Assembly: GCF_009914755.1 (NCBI RefSeq)
Contig: NC_060946.1
Strand: one strand, 5' to 3'
Length of the DNA: 64,000 bases
Source: the human T2T-CHM13v2.0 reference genome, Homo sapiens
The translations under genes were made by a program, and so were the position numbers. Below the pieces are notes generated by a model. It was not told the DNA's origin. It worked only from the letters and a program-made list of their open reading frames with translations, and did not search any database. This document shows positions 43,570-56,161 of the stretch, one piece after another; positions within the stretch are counted from its first letter, which is position 1; every line of letters begins with the position of its first letter.

Positions 43570-43755
43570 TAGGGTTAGGCATAGGATTAGGATCTGGGTC
43601 AGAGTCAGGGCCGGAAGTATGGTTAGAGGTGGGGTCATGGTCAGGGTCAAGATCAAAGTCAGGGTCAAAGTAAGGGTCAGAATTAAGGACCAGGGTAGGG
43701 ATCAGGATTTAGCTTCAGGCTCAAAGTCTTGGGACAGGGTTAGGGTTAGGATTAG
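43570..43755 (+). repeat. Highly degenerate interstitial telomere-like tract
   Basis: 6-bp phased GGGTCA/GGGTTA/GGATTA/AAGTCA units, ending in AGGGTTAGGGTTAGGATTAG. Confidence 0.75.
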
Positions 43756-44433
43756 AACCAGAGCTTTGTTCTCAGGACCCACCCGAGGGTGGGTCACCAT
43801 GGCTTTGGAGCACCTGGTAGTGTGGCGTGTCCACAGTGAAGACCAGAGTTTCATTGTCCTTAAGACTGACCTGGGAGACGTGGCTGCAGGCCATTGAGGA
43901 AGGTGAGGCAAAAGCTTCCTGTCTGCTCCCCGTGTGCTGAGGAGGGAGCTCTGCCATGTGCTTTACTTTCACACGTTATATTCTACGAGTCTTGTTTTAC
44001 AAAAGCATCCCTTCCTTGAGGCTTCGGCTGCTCATCGCTGCTCATCATCATAGCGTGCCATAACATATAGTAAGATTTGGGTTTGTTTCTGGGAGAGATC
44101 TTGGCATAGAGAAAGGAGAAATGCTTAGAGCCACCATCAAGACAGTTGGGATGAAAGCTGGGGATAGGCAGAGGCTGGAGGAAACATGTGCACCCCTTGT
44201 AAACACTTATTCATGTTTTAGTTATTCACTTAAAGTGTTAAATTAGTAAAAATAGTATTGAAAAATTGAAAAGTAGGCATATTAAAACTTGTAACACTAA
44301 GCTTAGATATATTATTTGTACCTCATCAACATTTTTTATTTTGTTGAGAAAGTGTAAGGTTAATTGGCAGCATATTTCTAATAGTAGATAGAATAATGTC
44401 TGTTTTATAAACATTGACATCCTACATTACATG

Positions 44434-44878
44434 TGTGAACCCTGAAAATCTGAGACAGCTCTCAGATTTTTTAGAAAGTTTATTTTGCCAATCTTGAGGA
44501 TGTGCGCCCGTGATGCCTCCCCAGGAGGTCCTGACAACATGGGCCCAAGGTGGTCGGGGCACAGCTTGGTTTTATACACTTTAGGGAGACATGAGACATC
44601 AATCAATACGTGTAAGATGTACATTGGTTCAGTCCAGAAAGGTGAGAAGGCCAGACAGGGGGCTTCCAGGTCAGAGGTAGGTAAGAGACAAATGGTTTCA
44701 TTCTTTTGCATTGCTGATTACCCTCTCCAAATGAGGCAATCAGGTATGCATTTATCTCGGTGAGCAGATGGGTGACTTTGGATACAATGGGAGGCGGGTT
44801 TGCCCTAAGCAGTTCCCAGCTTGACTTTTCCCTTTAGCTTAGTGATTTTGATTCCCCAAGATTTATTTTCCCTTCATA
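44434..44878 (-). mobile_element. MER4A-type solo LTR (third copy)
   Basis: Homologous to the two LTRs at 36.7-37.7 kb. Confidence 0.82.
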
Positions 44879-47100
44879 AGGTTTTCCTATGAGCATTAAT
44901 TATTCATTGTGTATTTTATCACACAAATAAGGCACAGATTTTTAAAAAATCATCAACTTCCTGGCTACCTATATAGACATAATTACATAGAAGCTCAACT
45001 AAATTTGCAAACATTCCAGAGTTTGGGTTTCCAATAATTCTTTGTGATTCTTTAAAAGGTAAAGTATTTTTTTCCCATAAAACATAGCAACATTTAAAAT
45101 CACCCGTAGAATGTCCTGCCATTTTTGTTTCTGTAGTTTCCTCATTTTCTGCAAAGCCTCGCTGAGGAAATTGACTTTGAATATCCTTTTACACTCTTCT
45201 GTTTTAGAAAGCATTGTGGTAAAACATTGAATCATCATGGTCATAAGTTCTGTTCACATTCTTTCTTGCTTTGAATATTTTTTCCCAGTGGCCAATATTT
45301 GATTCTGTTGTATCATGGCTAAAAGGTAGGCATGGCAACAAAATAAAGACAGGAAGTCTTTGGAATAAGTGATCCCATCACAATGAATCAATTTGCCATT
45401 GGAACATATTTTTACAAAGTCACTCTTTTGAAAATATTTAGCTATGAATTAAAACAGAGTCTGTATGGTTAATATTTTTCCTGGTCTAAGGTGAACAGCA
45501 TTTTAGAGAATGAACTCAGGACACAACCACAGCAGAAGAAAAACGTGATAATTAAGTTTACACATGTGTGTTACTACTGCAACAGAAAACATGTAAAGAA
45601 CATTTGATTTATGTATCAGTCTGCACTGTTTAATTTTTTGGGTCATAAATACTCTTATTTAAAAAAACAGGACTAGTTAACAGTGTCAATTACTAGTAAT
45701 TCATGGTATAAATAATTAAACAAGGAAGTGTTCAAAAAAAACAGTGTTTTAAATAAAGTTTTATTTTACATCATCTTTTTTACTTACACAGAAATTGTCA
45801 AAAAAAAGCAGAGATTTCCCATGTAGCCGCAACCTAGTTTCCTCTCTTATTAACATCTCCTATCAGTGTGTCTCACATGGCTTATTAATATCTTACATAA
45901 TTTGTCACAGTTAATGAACCAATACTGATAGACTATTATTAACTGAAGTTCATATTTCATTTGGATTCCCTTAGTTCTATCTTACTCTGACCCAGGATCC
46001 CATCCAGGATCCCGCATGACATGTAGACATCACGTGGGCTCTTCCTGGCTGTGACAGTGTGTCAGGCTTTCCATCTCATGATGACCTTCATAGCACTGAG
46101 GAGGATTGGTCAGGAATGTTGTAGAATGTCCCCCATTGTCACTTCATGTTCTCAAGGTGAACTGTCACCTTTGATGTTCACTTGGATCATTTGGCAGAGC
46201 TAATGTTTGTCAGGTTTCTCCACTGTGAGGTTATTTCTCCTCCTTGTCCGTACTGCATGTGTTCTTTTGGAGCAAGTCACTATGCAGAGCCTCACTCCGT
46301 AAGGAGTTGGCTCCACCTTCTTGACGGCTGAGTGTCTACATCAATTATTTGGAATTCTTTTGCAAAGGAGATTTCTATGCAACTCCATTTGCTTATTCAC
46401 CTAGGTATACAAATACAGACACCTAGATAATTACTTTAAGCTTTAGTTATTATTCAACACTACAGTATTATGTTGCACAATTCATTCCTGTGTTGGCCAT
46501 CAGTAGCTGTTTTTATTGGCTCTTATTTTTCTTTGATATGTTTTAATTTTTTTAGTACTTACTTTCTGATACTTCCAGATTATCTTGGCTCCTATATTTA
46601 CTGTCCCAGTTCTAGTATCAGACATTTCTTCAAAGAGCCTGATTCCTTTCAGAATGGTAGGAAAACTTACATCTGGCTGCTGAATGAGCACATTGTATCT
46701 TCTCCCTCATTGGCAATGCTAGGAAGTATATGTGTGTGTCTAACCTACCTATACACACCTAATTATAAAGTTTTCTATGTAGAACTGTGTGTGTCTATAT
46801 TAAACTAAACATAAGTTTACATTGATGTCTCCACCTCTGATCTACTATCACATGAATCATTCTAGCCTTCTCGCCTTGCTAATTTGTAACCTCCCACTTC
46901 AACAGTAAGAAACCTGGTTCCCACCATCTGCGACTTATGTAAGTCATTGTTTTATTCCAGATACAGACACTGTGGTTTTACAATTGTTCACAATTGCTTC
47001 TGTTGGAAAGAACTTTATAAAATGGAATCCAATAATGAAGTATAGTTCATGTGCCTTCAGCCTACAGATTCTATTCATTTTCAAAGTTTTTACCTAGATT

Positions 47101-47546
47101 TGTGTCTCAGTCCATTTTGTGCTTCTGTAACAGAATACCTGAGGCTGCGTAATTTATAAGTAAAACAGTTTCATTTGGTTCACAATACTGGTGGCTGGAA
47201 TGTCTGAGATTGGGCAGTTGCATCTGGCGGGGCCTCAGTCTTTTTCACCTCATGGTGGAAAGTGGAAGGGGAGCAAGGGGTGCACCAGCGATCACACAGC
47301 AGAAGTGAAAGCAAGAGGGAAGCCAAGGAAGCCAGGCTCTTTTTAATTACCTGCTCCTGCAGGAATTATCTATTCCTGTGAGAACAGAACTCACTCACCC
47401 CCATGGAGGACATTAATCTATTCATGAGGGATCCATCCCCACGACCCAAACACCGTCCACTAGGCCCCACCGCCCCACACTGACGCAGTGGGAGTCAAAT
47501 TTCAACATGAGTTTTTGTGGGGACAAACCACATCCAAACCATAGTA
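47101..47546 (-). mobile_element. MST-type (ERVL-MaLR) LTR
   Basis: The ends tgtgtctcagtccattttgtg...ccaaaccatag are typical of antisense MSTB-like LTRs. Confidence 0.65.
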
Positions 47547-48189
47547 ATTTGTAGCATAAATTCTTTTTCACATGATGTATTCTGTCCTGGGATACTCCAC
47601 ATCCTGAGTAATTGGATTTAATTTGAATAGAGTTTGCTTTAACCATTTGGCTGTAAAATTCTGCATATTTCGACAAATGCATTGTGGCAGATATCCCACT
47701 ATTAAAGTATCATATGGAATGCCTCAAACCCCCACCCCATGGAGCCAATGGCTTCCCATCTGTGTAGTTTGCCTTCTCCAGTGTCTCATTAAATGAGGTC
47801 ACACTGTGTGTATCCTCCTCAGACTGTCTTCTTCCACTTAGCAATGTGCATGCAAGATTCACTCATGTCTTTGTGTGTGTTGATATCTTGTTCCTTTCTA
47901 TGGCTAAATAGTATTCCATTACATGAATGTAGCACAATTTGGTTATGCATTTTGGGGAGCAGAACCTACCTCTTCTAACTTTGTTCCAGGGTTGGAGACC
48001 TTCAAATTAACTGACAATAGATACATTAGTAGGAGAGACAATACTTGGCTTCTTGTTCCCCAAGTATCATTGTGGGACAAAATTCATCAGATGGCAGGAT
48101 CCAGTTTAAAAAGAGGTAAAAATAGCCCAGAAACAAGAAACAAGACTAGAATCTGATAACTCACAATGGCTATAGTTTTCCTTTAAAAA

Positions 48190-48456
48190 AATTTTTTTCG
48201 AGACAGGGTCTGGCTCTGTCGCCCAGGCTGGAGTGCAAAGGTGCAGTCTCAGCTCACTGCAACCTCTACCTCCTGGGTGCAAACGTTCCTCCCTCCTCAG
48301 CCTCCTGATTACCTGGGACTACAGGCACATGCCGTCATGCCCATCTAATTTTTGTATTTTTGGTAGAGATGGGGTTTCACCATGTCGCCCAGGCTGATGT
48401 TGAACTCCTGGCCTTCCAAAGGGCTGTAATTATAGGCATGTGCCACCATGCCCGGC
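48190..48456 (-). mobile_element. Alu (diverged, internally deleted)
   Basis: Antisense Alu consensus. Confidence 0.88.
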
Positions 48457-49311
48457 TGTGTTATACTTTTCCTTTGAAAGATAAAATTTCTCTCTGTAGT
48501 AACCATCATTTTTGATCATAATCAAAGTAAGACTATTCTTGTTTTAAAAATAAGTCTAGTTTTGTTAGATTTTGCTTGATTATTTACGTAAGTGCAGCAA
48601 GAACAGGAGATGACCACATAGGTGCTTTCAGGTTTCTTTGCTGGAAGTTTTCATACAGAATCTCAGATTTGACTTATTTTTATTTAGCCTTATTCAGGCT
48701 AAAAGCCAAGCCAAGAACATACTATCAAATTTCAGCTGCAGTCCTTATAGCTTTGTGTGAATTCTTCTCTTCTTGAGGCCCCAAAATATCCCTAAATTCC
48801 TGGGCCTACCAGGAAATGACCTTGCTTACTAACCTATAAGGCTGTGAACCCTGTAATCTAGGTATCAGGCTGGGTTTTCTCAGAGTGCTGTTGGGAATGA
48901 AGTTTTTTATGTCCCCCCCCCCCCCAAAAAAAAGAACTAACATGGGAACAAATGATCTCTTAGCAAGGTGAGCTTTATTTTTCTGCACAAAGGGTGCTAC
49001 TCAATAGCTGTCCAGCTACAAGAGCACACCAAACAAAGGAGACAGAGTTACTTATAACCTGACGTGTCTACCCTACTGCTGTGTCCAGTTTCCATTGGCT
49101 GGAATAGGACCTCCCATTTTACACTTTACCCGATTGGCTGTTTGTTTAAAACTTTCTTAATTAGGTAAGGGGAATAGAAGAAAGAAAGAAAAGGAAGTTG
49201 CCCAGGGATAGTTAAGGAAGCATCTCCAAATAAGGAATGGCATGCACTATGGGCTGGGGCTTGTCTAGTTCTGTCCAGGCATGCTGGAGCAAGCTAGGAC
49301 AAGTGATTTGG

Positions 49312-49312
<1 letters not shown>

Positions 49313-49361
<49 letters not shown>
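49313..49361. repeat. (CA)n microsatellite, about 24 units
   Basis: Seen directly. Confidence 0.97.
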
Positions 49362-49363
<2 letters not shown>

Positions 49364-50214
49364 AAAATAGTGGGTAGTTGTGACTTTATAATCTTTGAGG
49401 AAGAACTTTCCTCAAAGTTTTCCACAGTGCTTTGTAAGCATTGTCTCCATAAAAGTCAACCTTACTTCCTTAAAATTGCTGGTCATAACTGATCTTAGGT
49501 ACACTTCCTAAATATGATGTTCCAGTAAAAACCTTGATAATATAACCAAAATTTCCAATTATGTCCTGTTATAAGGTGAATAGATTGTTATTGGACTTTT
49601 GCTAACAACTATATCATCGTGGAAATAAGAGTATTCAGTAAGGATTTCAAAATTCTGGAAAAATCAGGCAAGAAAAAAAGATAAATGCTTCATTTCTGTT
49701 TACAAAAGTATAATCTACTAAATTGTTGTAAGTTACAGTTAGAGTAAGAGAAAGAGATTTCTTAAATCCAGAAACTAGAATATTAACCAGCAATGCTCCA
49801 AAAAGCTATACAATTATAATCAATTTTCATCAGTTCATTCAGTGCCATGTAATCAATTCCAGTCTTGTGGATCTTGAGTTAGCAGTGTCATGAACCCATC
49901 AGTTTCCCAACCGGACTTCTGGAGACCTTAACTGAGTCAAGTGTATGGTCTTAAAGTTATTTAAGCAATATCATCAGAAGCCTATAACCAGAGTACCTGT
50001 CATAGTCTTTTCTGTGAGTCTCAGAGGGAGTCCTGTCTTGGAGACGAACATTCTGACCTGTAGTTGATTGCAGGAGCTTTCAGGAAAGTATCAGGGGGAA
50101 ATAATATCTAAATGACAAAAAGTATGAAATGGCTGTGATGAAAGATCTGATGAAAGTTCATTATACCACAACTGACAAGGATATTCGATTTTTTTCTGTG
50201 GCAGACAACATTTA

Positions 50215-50510
<296 letters not shown>

Positions 50511-51246
50511 ACAACATTTAAAGTAATAATTGGAATTATGACTCATTACTCTATAGTGGCACATAGCATGGATAAGGAGGACATTGACAAACTTCCAGGA
50601 ATTTTATATAATTTCTGAAAACATAACATTTTACCCATACAAATATAACACAGGGAAGGTTAGGTATCTCTTTTTATTTGTATCTTCTGTATGGTTTTCC
50701 TTATAAAAAATGCAACCTACTTTACTTGCGAAACATGCCCTACTTTTCTTGCATGCTTTGCATAGAGTTGTTTCTAGTTATTCTATTATTTCTAGTAGTT
50801 TTATTTACATATATTGATTATAATTTTAATACTTAGTAATCTTTTATTTTCCAGAGAAAACTAGGAAGTAGACAGTTATAAACTGTCATATATTAGCATT
50901 CTATAGTAGGTTAGAAAATGTATGAGTATACCATCTCCCAACATCTAGAGGGATGTGTTTCCTCATAATACAATTCCTCAGTGTGGCAGAAAAAAACATG
51001 TTTATTAACGGGCCAAAATATCTTTAGTCTCTCTGTAAAAATAGGAAGCCAAAAGTATATAAACTTGAATTATTTATGTTCAGTAATTAATGTTTTAGTA
51101 TTGTATCTTATTTATAAATGGTCTAGATATTTAATGCAAATCTTTTACTTAGCTTAACTTTAAGGTTAAAAATTACCAAAAATACTTTGGAAACTATTCT
51201 TAGGCAGATTTACTGTAAACAAATTATTTTTGAAATAATGTTTTTC

Positions 51247-51779
51247 GCTTTTCACAAGATGGCACCAAAAGCGAAGGAAGCTCCTGCTCATCCTAAAGCC
51301 GAAGCCAAAGCGAAGGCTTTAAAGGCCAAGAAGGCAGTGTTGAAAGGTGTCCGCAGCCACACGCAAAAAAGAAGATCCGCATGTCACTCACCTTCAGGCG
51401 GCCCAAGACACTGCGACTCCGGAGGCAGCCCAGATATCCTCGGAAGAGCACCCCCAGGAGAAACAAGCTTGGCCACTATGCTATCATCAAGTTTCCGCTG
51501 GCCACTGAGTCGGCCGTGAAGAAGATAGAAGAAAACAACACGCTTGTGTTCACTGTGGATGTTAAAGCCAACAAGCACCAGATCAGACAGGCTGTGAAGA
51601 AGCTCTATGACAGTGATGTGGCCAAGGTCACCACCCTGATTTGTCCTGATAAGGAGAACAAGGCATATGTTCGACTTGCTCCTGATTATGATGCTTTCGA
51701 TGTTGTAACAAAATTGGGATCACCTAAACTGAGTCCAGCTGGCTAACTCTAAATATATGTGTATCTTTTCAGCATAAAA
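51247..51779 (+). pseudogene. RPL23AP82: Processed pseudogene of ribosomal protein L23a
   Basis: [25 protein letters not shown] (ATG 51259) followed by [14 protein letters not shown]...[10 protein letters not shown] in a second frame, with frameshifts near 51365 and 51706. Intronless, short A tail, 14-bp TSD AAATAATGTTTTTC at 51233-51246 and 51780-51793. Confidence 0.93.
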
Positions 51780-52231
51780 AAATAATGTTTTTCATAAGAA
51801 TGACAACTTAATTAGAATCAAATCTATAAGCTTTAAGATTTTACGTTTCTAGTAAGTATAATATTAGCTTATTTGACTAGAACTCAAGCAGAATAGGAAT
51901 TTATGCTTGTTTTATATTCAATAATGATAATTTTGAAGATATAGTTGTTTTATTACACCAAAAATACTATATTAATCTTATTTAACTAAGTTTTATCCAA
52001 ATCATGTTAACTTAAGAAACATTTGATCAGTTCCTATATTTCTAGGAGTTTGGTGAATATTTATTTATAAATGCTTATTTTTTTCCAAGCCAAGTTAGAA
52101 TAGAGCACTTTTAGAGGATTTCATAAATGAATTTTGCAATGCTCTCTGGAGTTAAGAAAATATCACATATACATAACATACATTAATAGATACACAAACA
52201 CAAATAGAGATTTCATAGCTTTCATCCTGAA

Positions 52232-53908
52232 ATTTCAGCCATGAATCAGGCATAAATATTCTGATGGTTAATTTCAGACATCTACTTGATCGGATTGAGA
52301 GACACGCATAGCTGGTCAAACACGATTTCAGCCATGAATCAGGCATAAATATTCTGATGGTTAATTTTAGACATCTACTTGACTGGATTAAGAGACACAC
52401 ATAGCTGGTCAAACATGATTTCTGACATGAATCAGGCATAAATATTCTGACGGTTAATTTTAGACATCTACTTGACTGGATTAAGAGACACACATAGCTG
52501 GTCAAACATGATTTCAGCCATGAATCAGCCATAAATATTCTGACGGTTAATTTTAGACATCTACTTGATCGGATTGAGAGACACACATAGCTGGTCAAAC
52601 ACGATTTCAGCCATGAATCAGGCATAAATATTCTGATGGTTAATTTTAGACATCTACTTGAGTGGATTGAGAGACACACATAGCTGGTCAAACACAATTT
52701 CAGCCATGAATCAGGCATAAATATTCTGATGGTTAATTTTAGACATCTACTTGAGTGGATTGAGAGACACACATAGCTGGTCAAACAATTTCAGCCATGA
52801 ATCAGGCATAAATATTCTGACGGTTAATTTTAGACATCTACTTGAGTGGATTGAGAGACACACATAGCTGGTCAAACACGATTTCAGCCATGAATCAGGC
52901 ATAAATATTCTGACGGTTAATTTTAGACATCAACTTGACTGGATTAAGGGACACACATAGCTGGTCAAACACGATTTCAGCCATGAATCAGGCATAAATA
53001 TTCTGATGGTTAATTGTAGACATCTACTTGACTGGATTGAGAGACACACATAGCTGGTCAAACACGATTTCAGCCATGAATCAGGCATAAATATTCTGAT
53101 GGTTAATCGTAGACGTCTACTTGACTGGATTGAGAGACACACATAGCTGGTCAAACACGATTTCAGCCATGAATCAGGCATAAATATTCTGATGGTTAAT
53201 CGTAGACATCTACTTAACTGGATTGAGAGACACACATAGCTGGTCAAACACGATTTCAGCCATGAATCAGGCATAAATATTCTGATGGTTAATCGTAGAC
53301 ATCTACTTAACTGGATTGAGAGACACACATAGCTGGTCAAACACGATTTCAGCCATGAATCAGGCATAAATATTCTGATGGTTAATCGTAGACATCTACT
53401 TAACTGGATTGAGAGACACACATAGCTGGTCAAACACGATTTCAGCCATGAATCAGGCATAAATATTCTGATGGTTAATCGTAGACATCTACTTAACTGG
53501 ATTGAGAGACACACATAGCTGGTCAAACACGATTTCAGCCATGAATCAGGCATAAATATTCTGATGGTTAATCGTAGACATCTACTTGACTGGATTGAGA
53601 GACACACATAGCTGGTCAAACACGATTTCAGCCATGAATCAGGCATAAATATTCTGATGGTTAATCGTAGACATCTACTTAACTGGATTGAGAGACACAC
53701 ATAGCTGGTCAAACACGATTTCAGCCATGAATCAGGCATAAATATTCTGATGGTTAATCGTAGACATCTACTTGACTGGATTGAGAGACACACATAGCTG
53801 GTCAAACACGATTTCAGCCATGAATCAGGCATAAATATTCTGATGGTTAATCGTAGACGTCTACTTGACTGGATTGAGAGACACACACAGCTGGTCAAAC
53901 ACGATTTC
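52232..53908. repeat. 93-bp VNTR, about 18 units
   Basis: Direct 93-bp periodicity, seen as the 31-aa repeat in the minus-strand ORFs 52152-52784 and 52930-53961. Confidence 0.97.
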
Positions 53909-54690
53909 TGGGCATATCTATGAGGGTGTTTCTGGAAGACACTGAGATAACCATGACCCAATGTGGATGGGCACTGATATGGTTTGGCTGTGTCCCCACC
54001 CAGATCTCATCTTGAATTGTAGTTCCTGTAATACCTACATGTCGTGGGAGGGACCCAATGGGAGGTGACTGAATCATGGTGGTGGTTACCGCCATGCTGT
54101 TCTCATGACAGTGAGTGAGTTCTCATGATCTGATGGTTTTATAAGGGGCTTTTCCCCTTTGGGTCAGCACTTCTTGTTGCTGCCATGTGAAGAGGGACAG
54201 CTTTGCTTCCCCTTCTGCCATGATTGTGAGGCCCCTGCAGCCATGTGGAACTGTCAGCCCATTAAACCCCTTTGTTCTTTATAAATTGCTCAGACTCAGG
54301 TATTTCTTCATAGCTGTATAAAAATGGATGAATACAGGCAGCATCCAATTGGTTGAGAGCCCAGATAGAATAACAAGGAAGAGGAAAGGTGAATTATCTC
54401 CTTCTGAAATGGAAACATCCTTCTTCTCCTGCCCTTGACATCAGAACTTCAGGGTCTCAGACCTTTGGCCTCACAATCAGAGTTACACCATTGGCTTCCC
54501 CGATTCTGAGTCCTTTGTATCTGGAGTGAGCCATGCTACCAGCTTTCCTGGTTCTCCAACTTGGAGACAGGCTATTGTGGAACTTCTCAGCCTCCATAAT
54601 TATGTGAACCAGTTCCCCTAATGAATCTTCTGTCATCTGTCTACATATATCCTATTGATTCTGCCTTTCTGGAGACCCCTGACTAATGTG
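53841..54690 (+). mobile_element. MLT2-type (ERVL) LTR interrupted by an MSTA-type LTR
   Basis: tgatggttaat...gagggtgtttctggaaga start and ctggagacccctgactaat end. Confidence 0.7.
53975..54336 (+). mobile_element. MSTA-type MaLR LTR
   Basis: TGATATGGTTTGGCTGTGTCCCCACCC...AATACA; 5-bp TSD GGCA[C/G]. Confidence 0.85.
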
Positions 54691-55802
54691 ATTACAATAA
54701 CTACACAATTCACTAGTTTATATAGAAGACTTGGTTTTTGTCTTTGCCCCATTTTATATTTGTATTATAACTATGTATCTGGAAAATGGAACAAGTTTTT
54801 TCTTCTTCATATGAGGGCTAAGGCTTTTTTCTCACCAATATTTTTGGAGATTTTAAAGATTTTCTTTTTTTTTGACATAGAATCTTATGGAGGCTGAGAA
54901 ATAATTTTTTTTCTATTTTATTCTTCAGCCCCAGGTGTTTGCTTTTGCAGATTCTTGAGCACATTGAGAGCCTCCAAGGCATGGAGTGGGGTGCCTGAAG
55001 TTTCAGTGATTATAGGGAGTTGAGAGACTCAACTGGGAAAGGAAAGGTCTAAAAGGAGGCAATTTGGAAGATAAAAATTTTCTCAAAGGAGCCATTAAAG
55101 TTGTAAATAATTCTTAGTAAAGTCATGCAAACAGGAAAAGAAGTAGAATTAGTTCCATATTGGTGGAACACATAGTCAGCAGAGGTTTGAGAAGGGAGAA
55201 TTTAGTGAAGTGAGAAGTTCCCATGAAAGCAGCAAGATCAAGATCACAGACACCTTGAAACAAAAAGCCAGGAATAACTTCCAACCCAAGAGGAGAACAG
55301 AGAGGCCTCAAAACCAAAGGTAGGATAAGAAACTTGTAGCCCAAGAGTTATCTTCCAGACAAAGAAGCCTGAGATTCCAACGCAGCTTCAGAGAGTGCTC
55401 ACTCAAAATGTTACTGAAACTGTAGGCTTTTTAATGAGTTAGCCATGCCTGCAAAAGGCATTCCCTAAGGTGGCACAGAAGACGGAGCCCCCATATCCAA
55501 AGATAGCCAAGGAGAAAGAAAGACCCCTGTTGCCAGAGCCAGTGGGCAAAGGCAACAGAAAAGGAGACAAGGGTCCTAATGGGATGAGATCCTTTCGGAT
55601 TTAGGCTTTTATACAAACTCCTGAGAACTGGCAGGTTGACAGCCATAAATGGGGTACCAAACTTTCTACTCATTGGATTACAAGTTCTCAGGCATCCAGA
55701 ATGATGAACAAAATGACAATTTCTAGGGCTTCTGTGGGAGAGTATGGAAAGGTCTTTTTGAACCTTTTAATGCTGTGAACGGAAGAATGATGAGGTTCAT
55801 AA

Positions 55803-56161
<359 letters not shown>

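Noticed and set aside
52152-53961. 210-aa and 343-aa repetitive ORFs
   Set aside because: The 93-bp unit is divisible by 3 and lacks a stop in one frame; there is no other sign of a gene.
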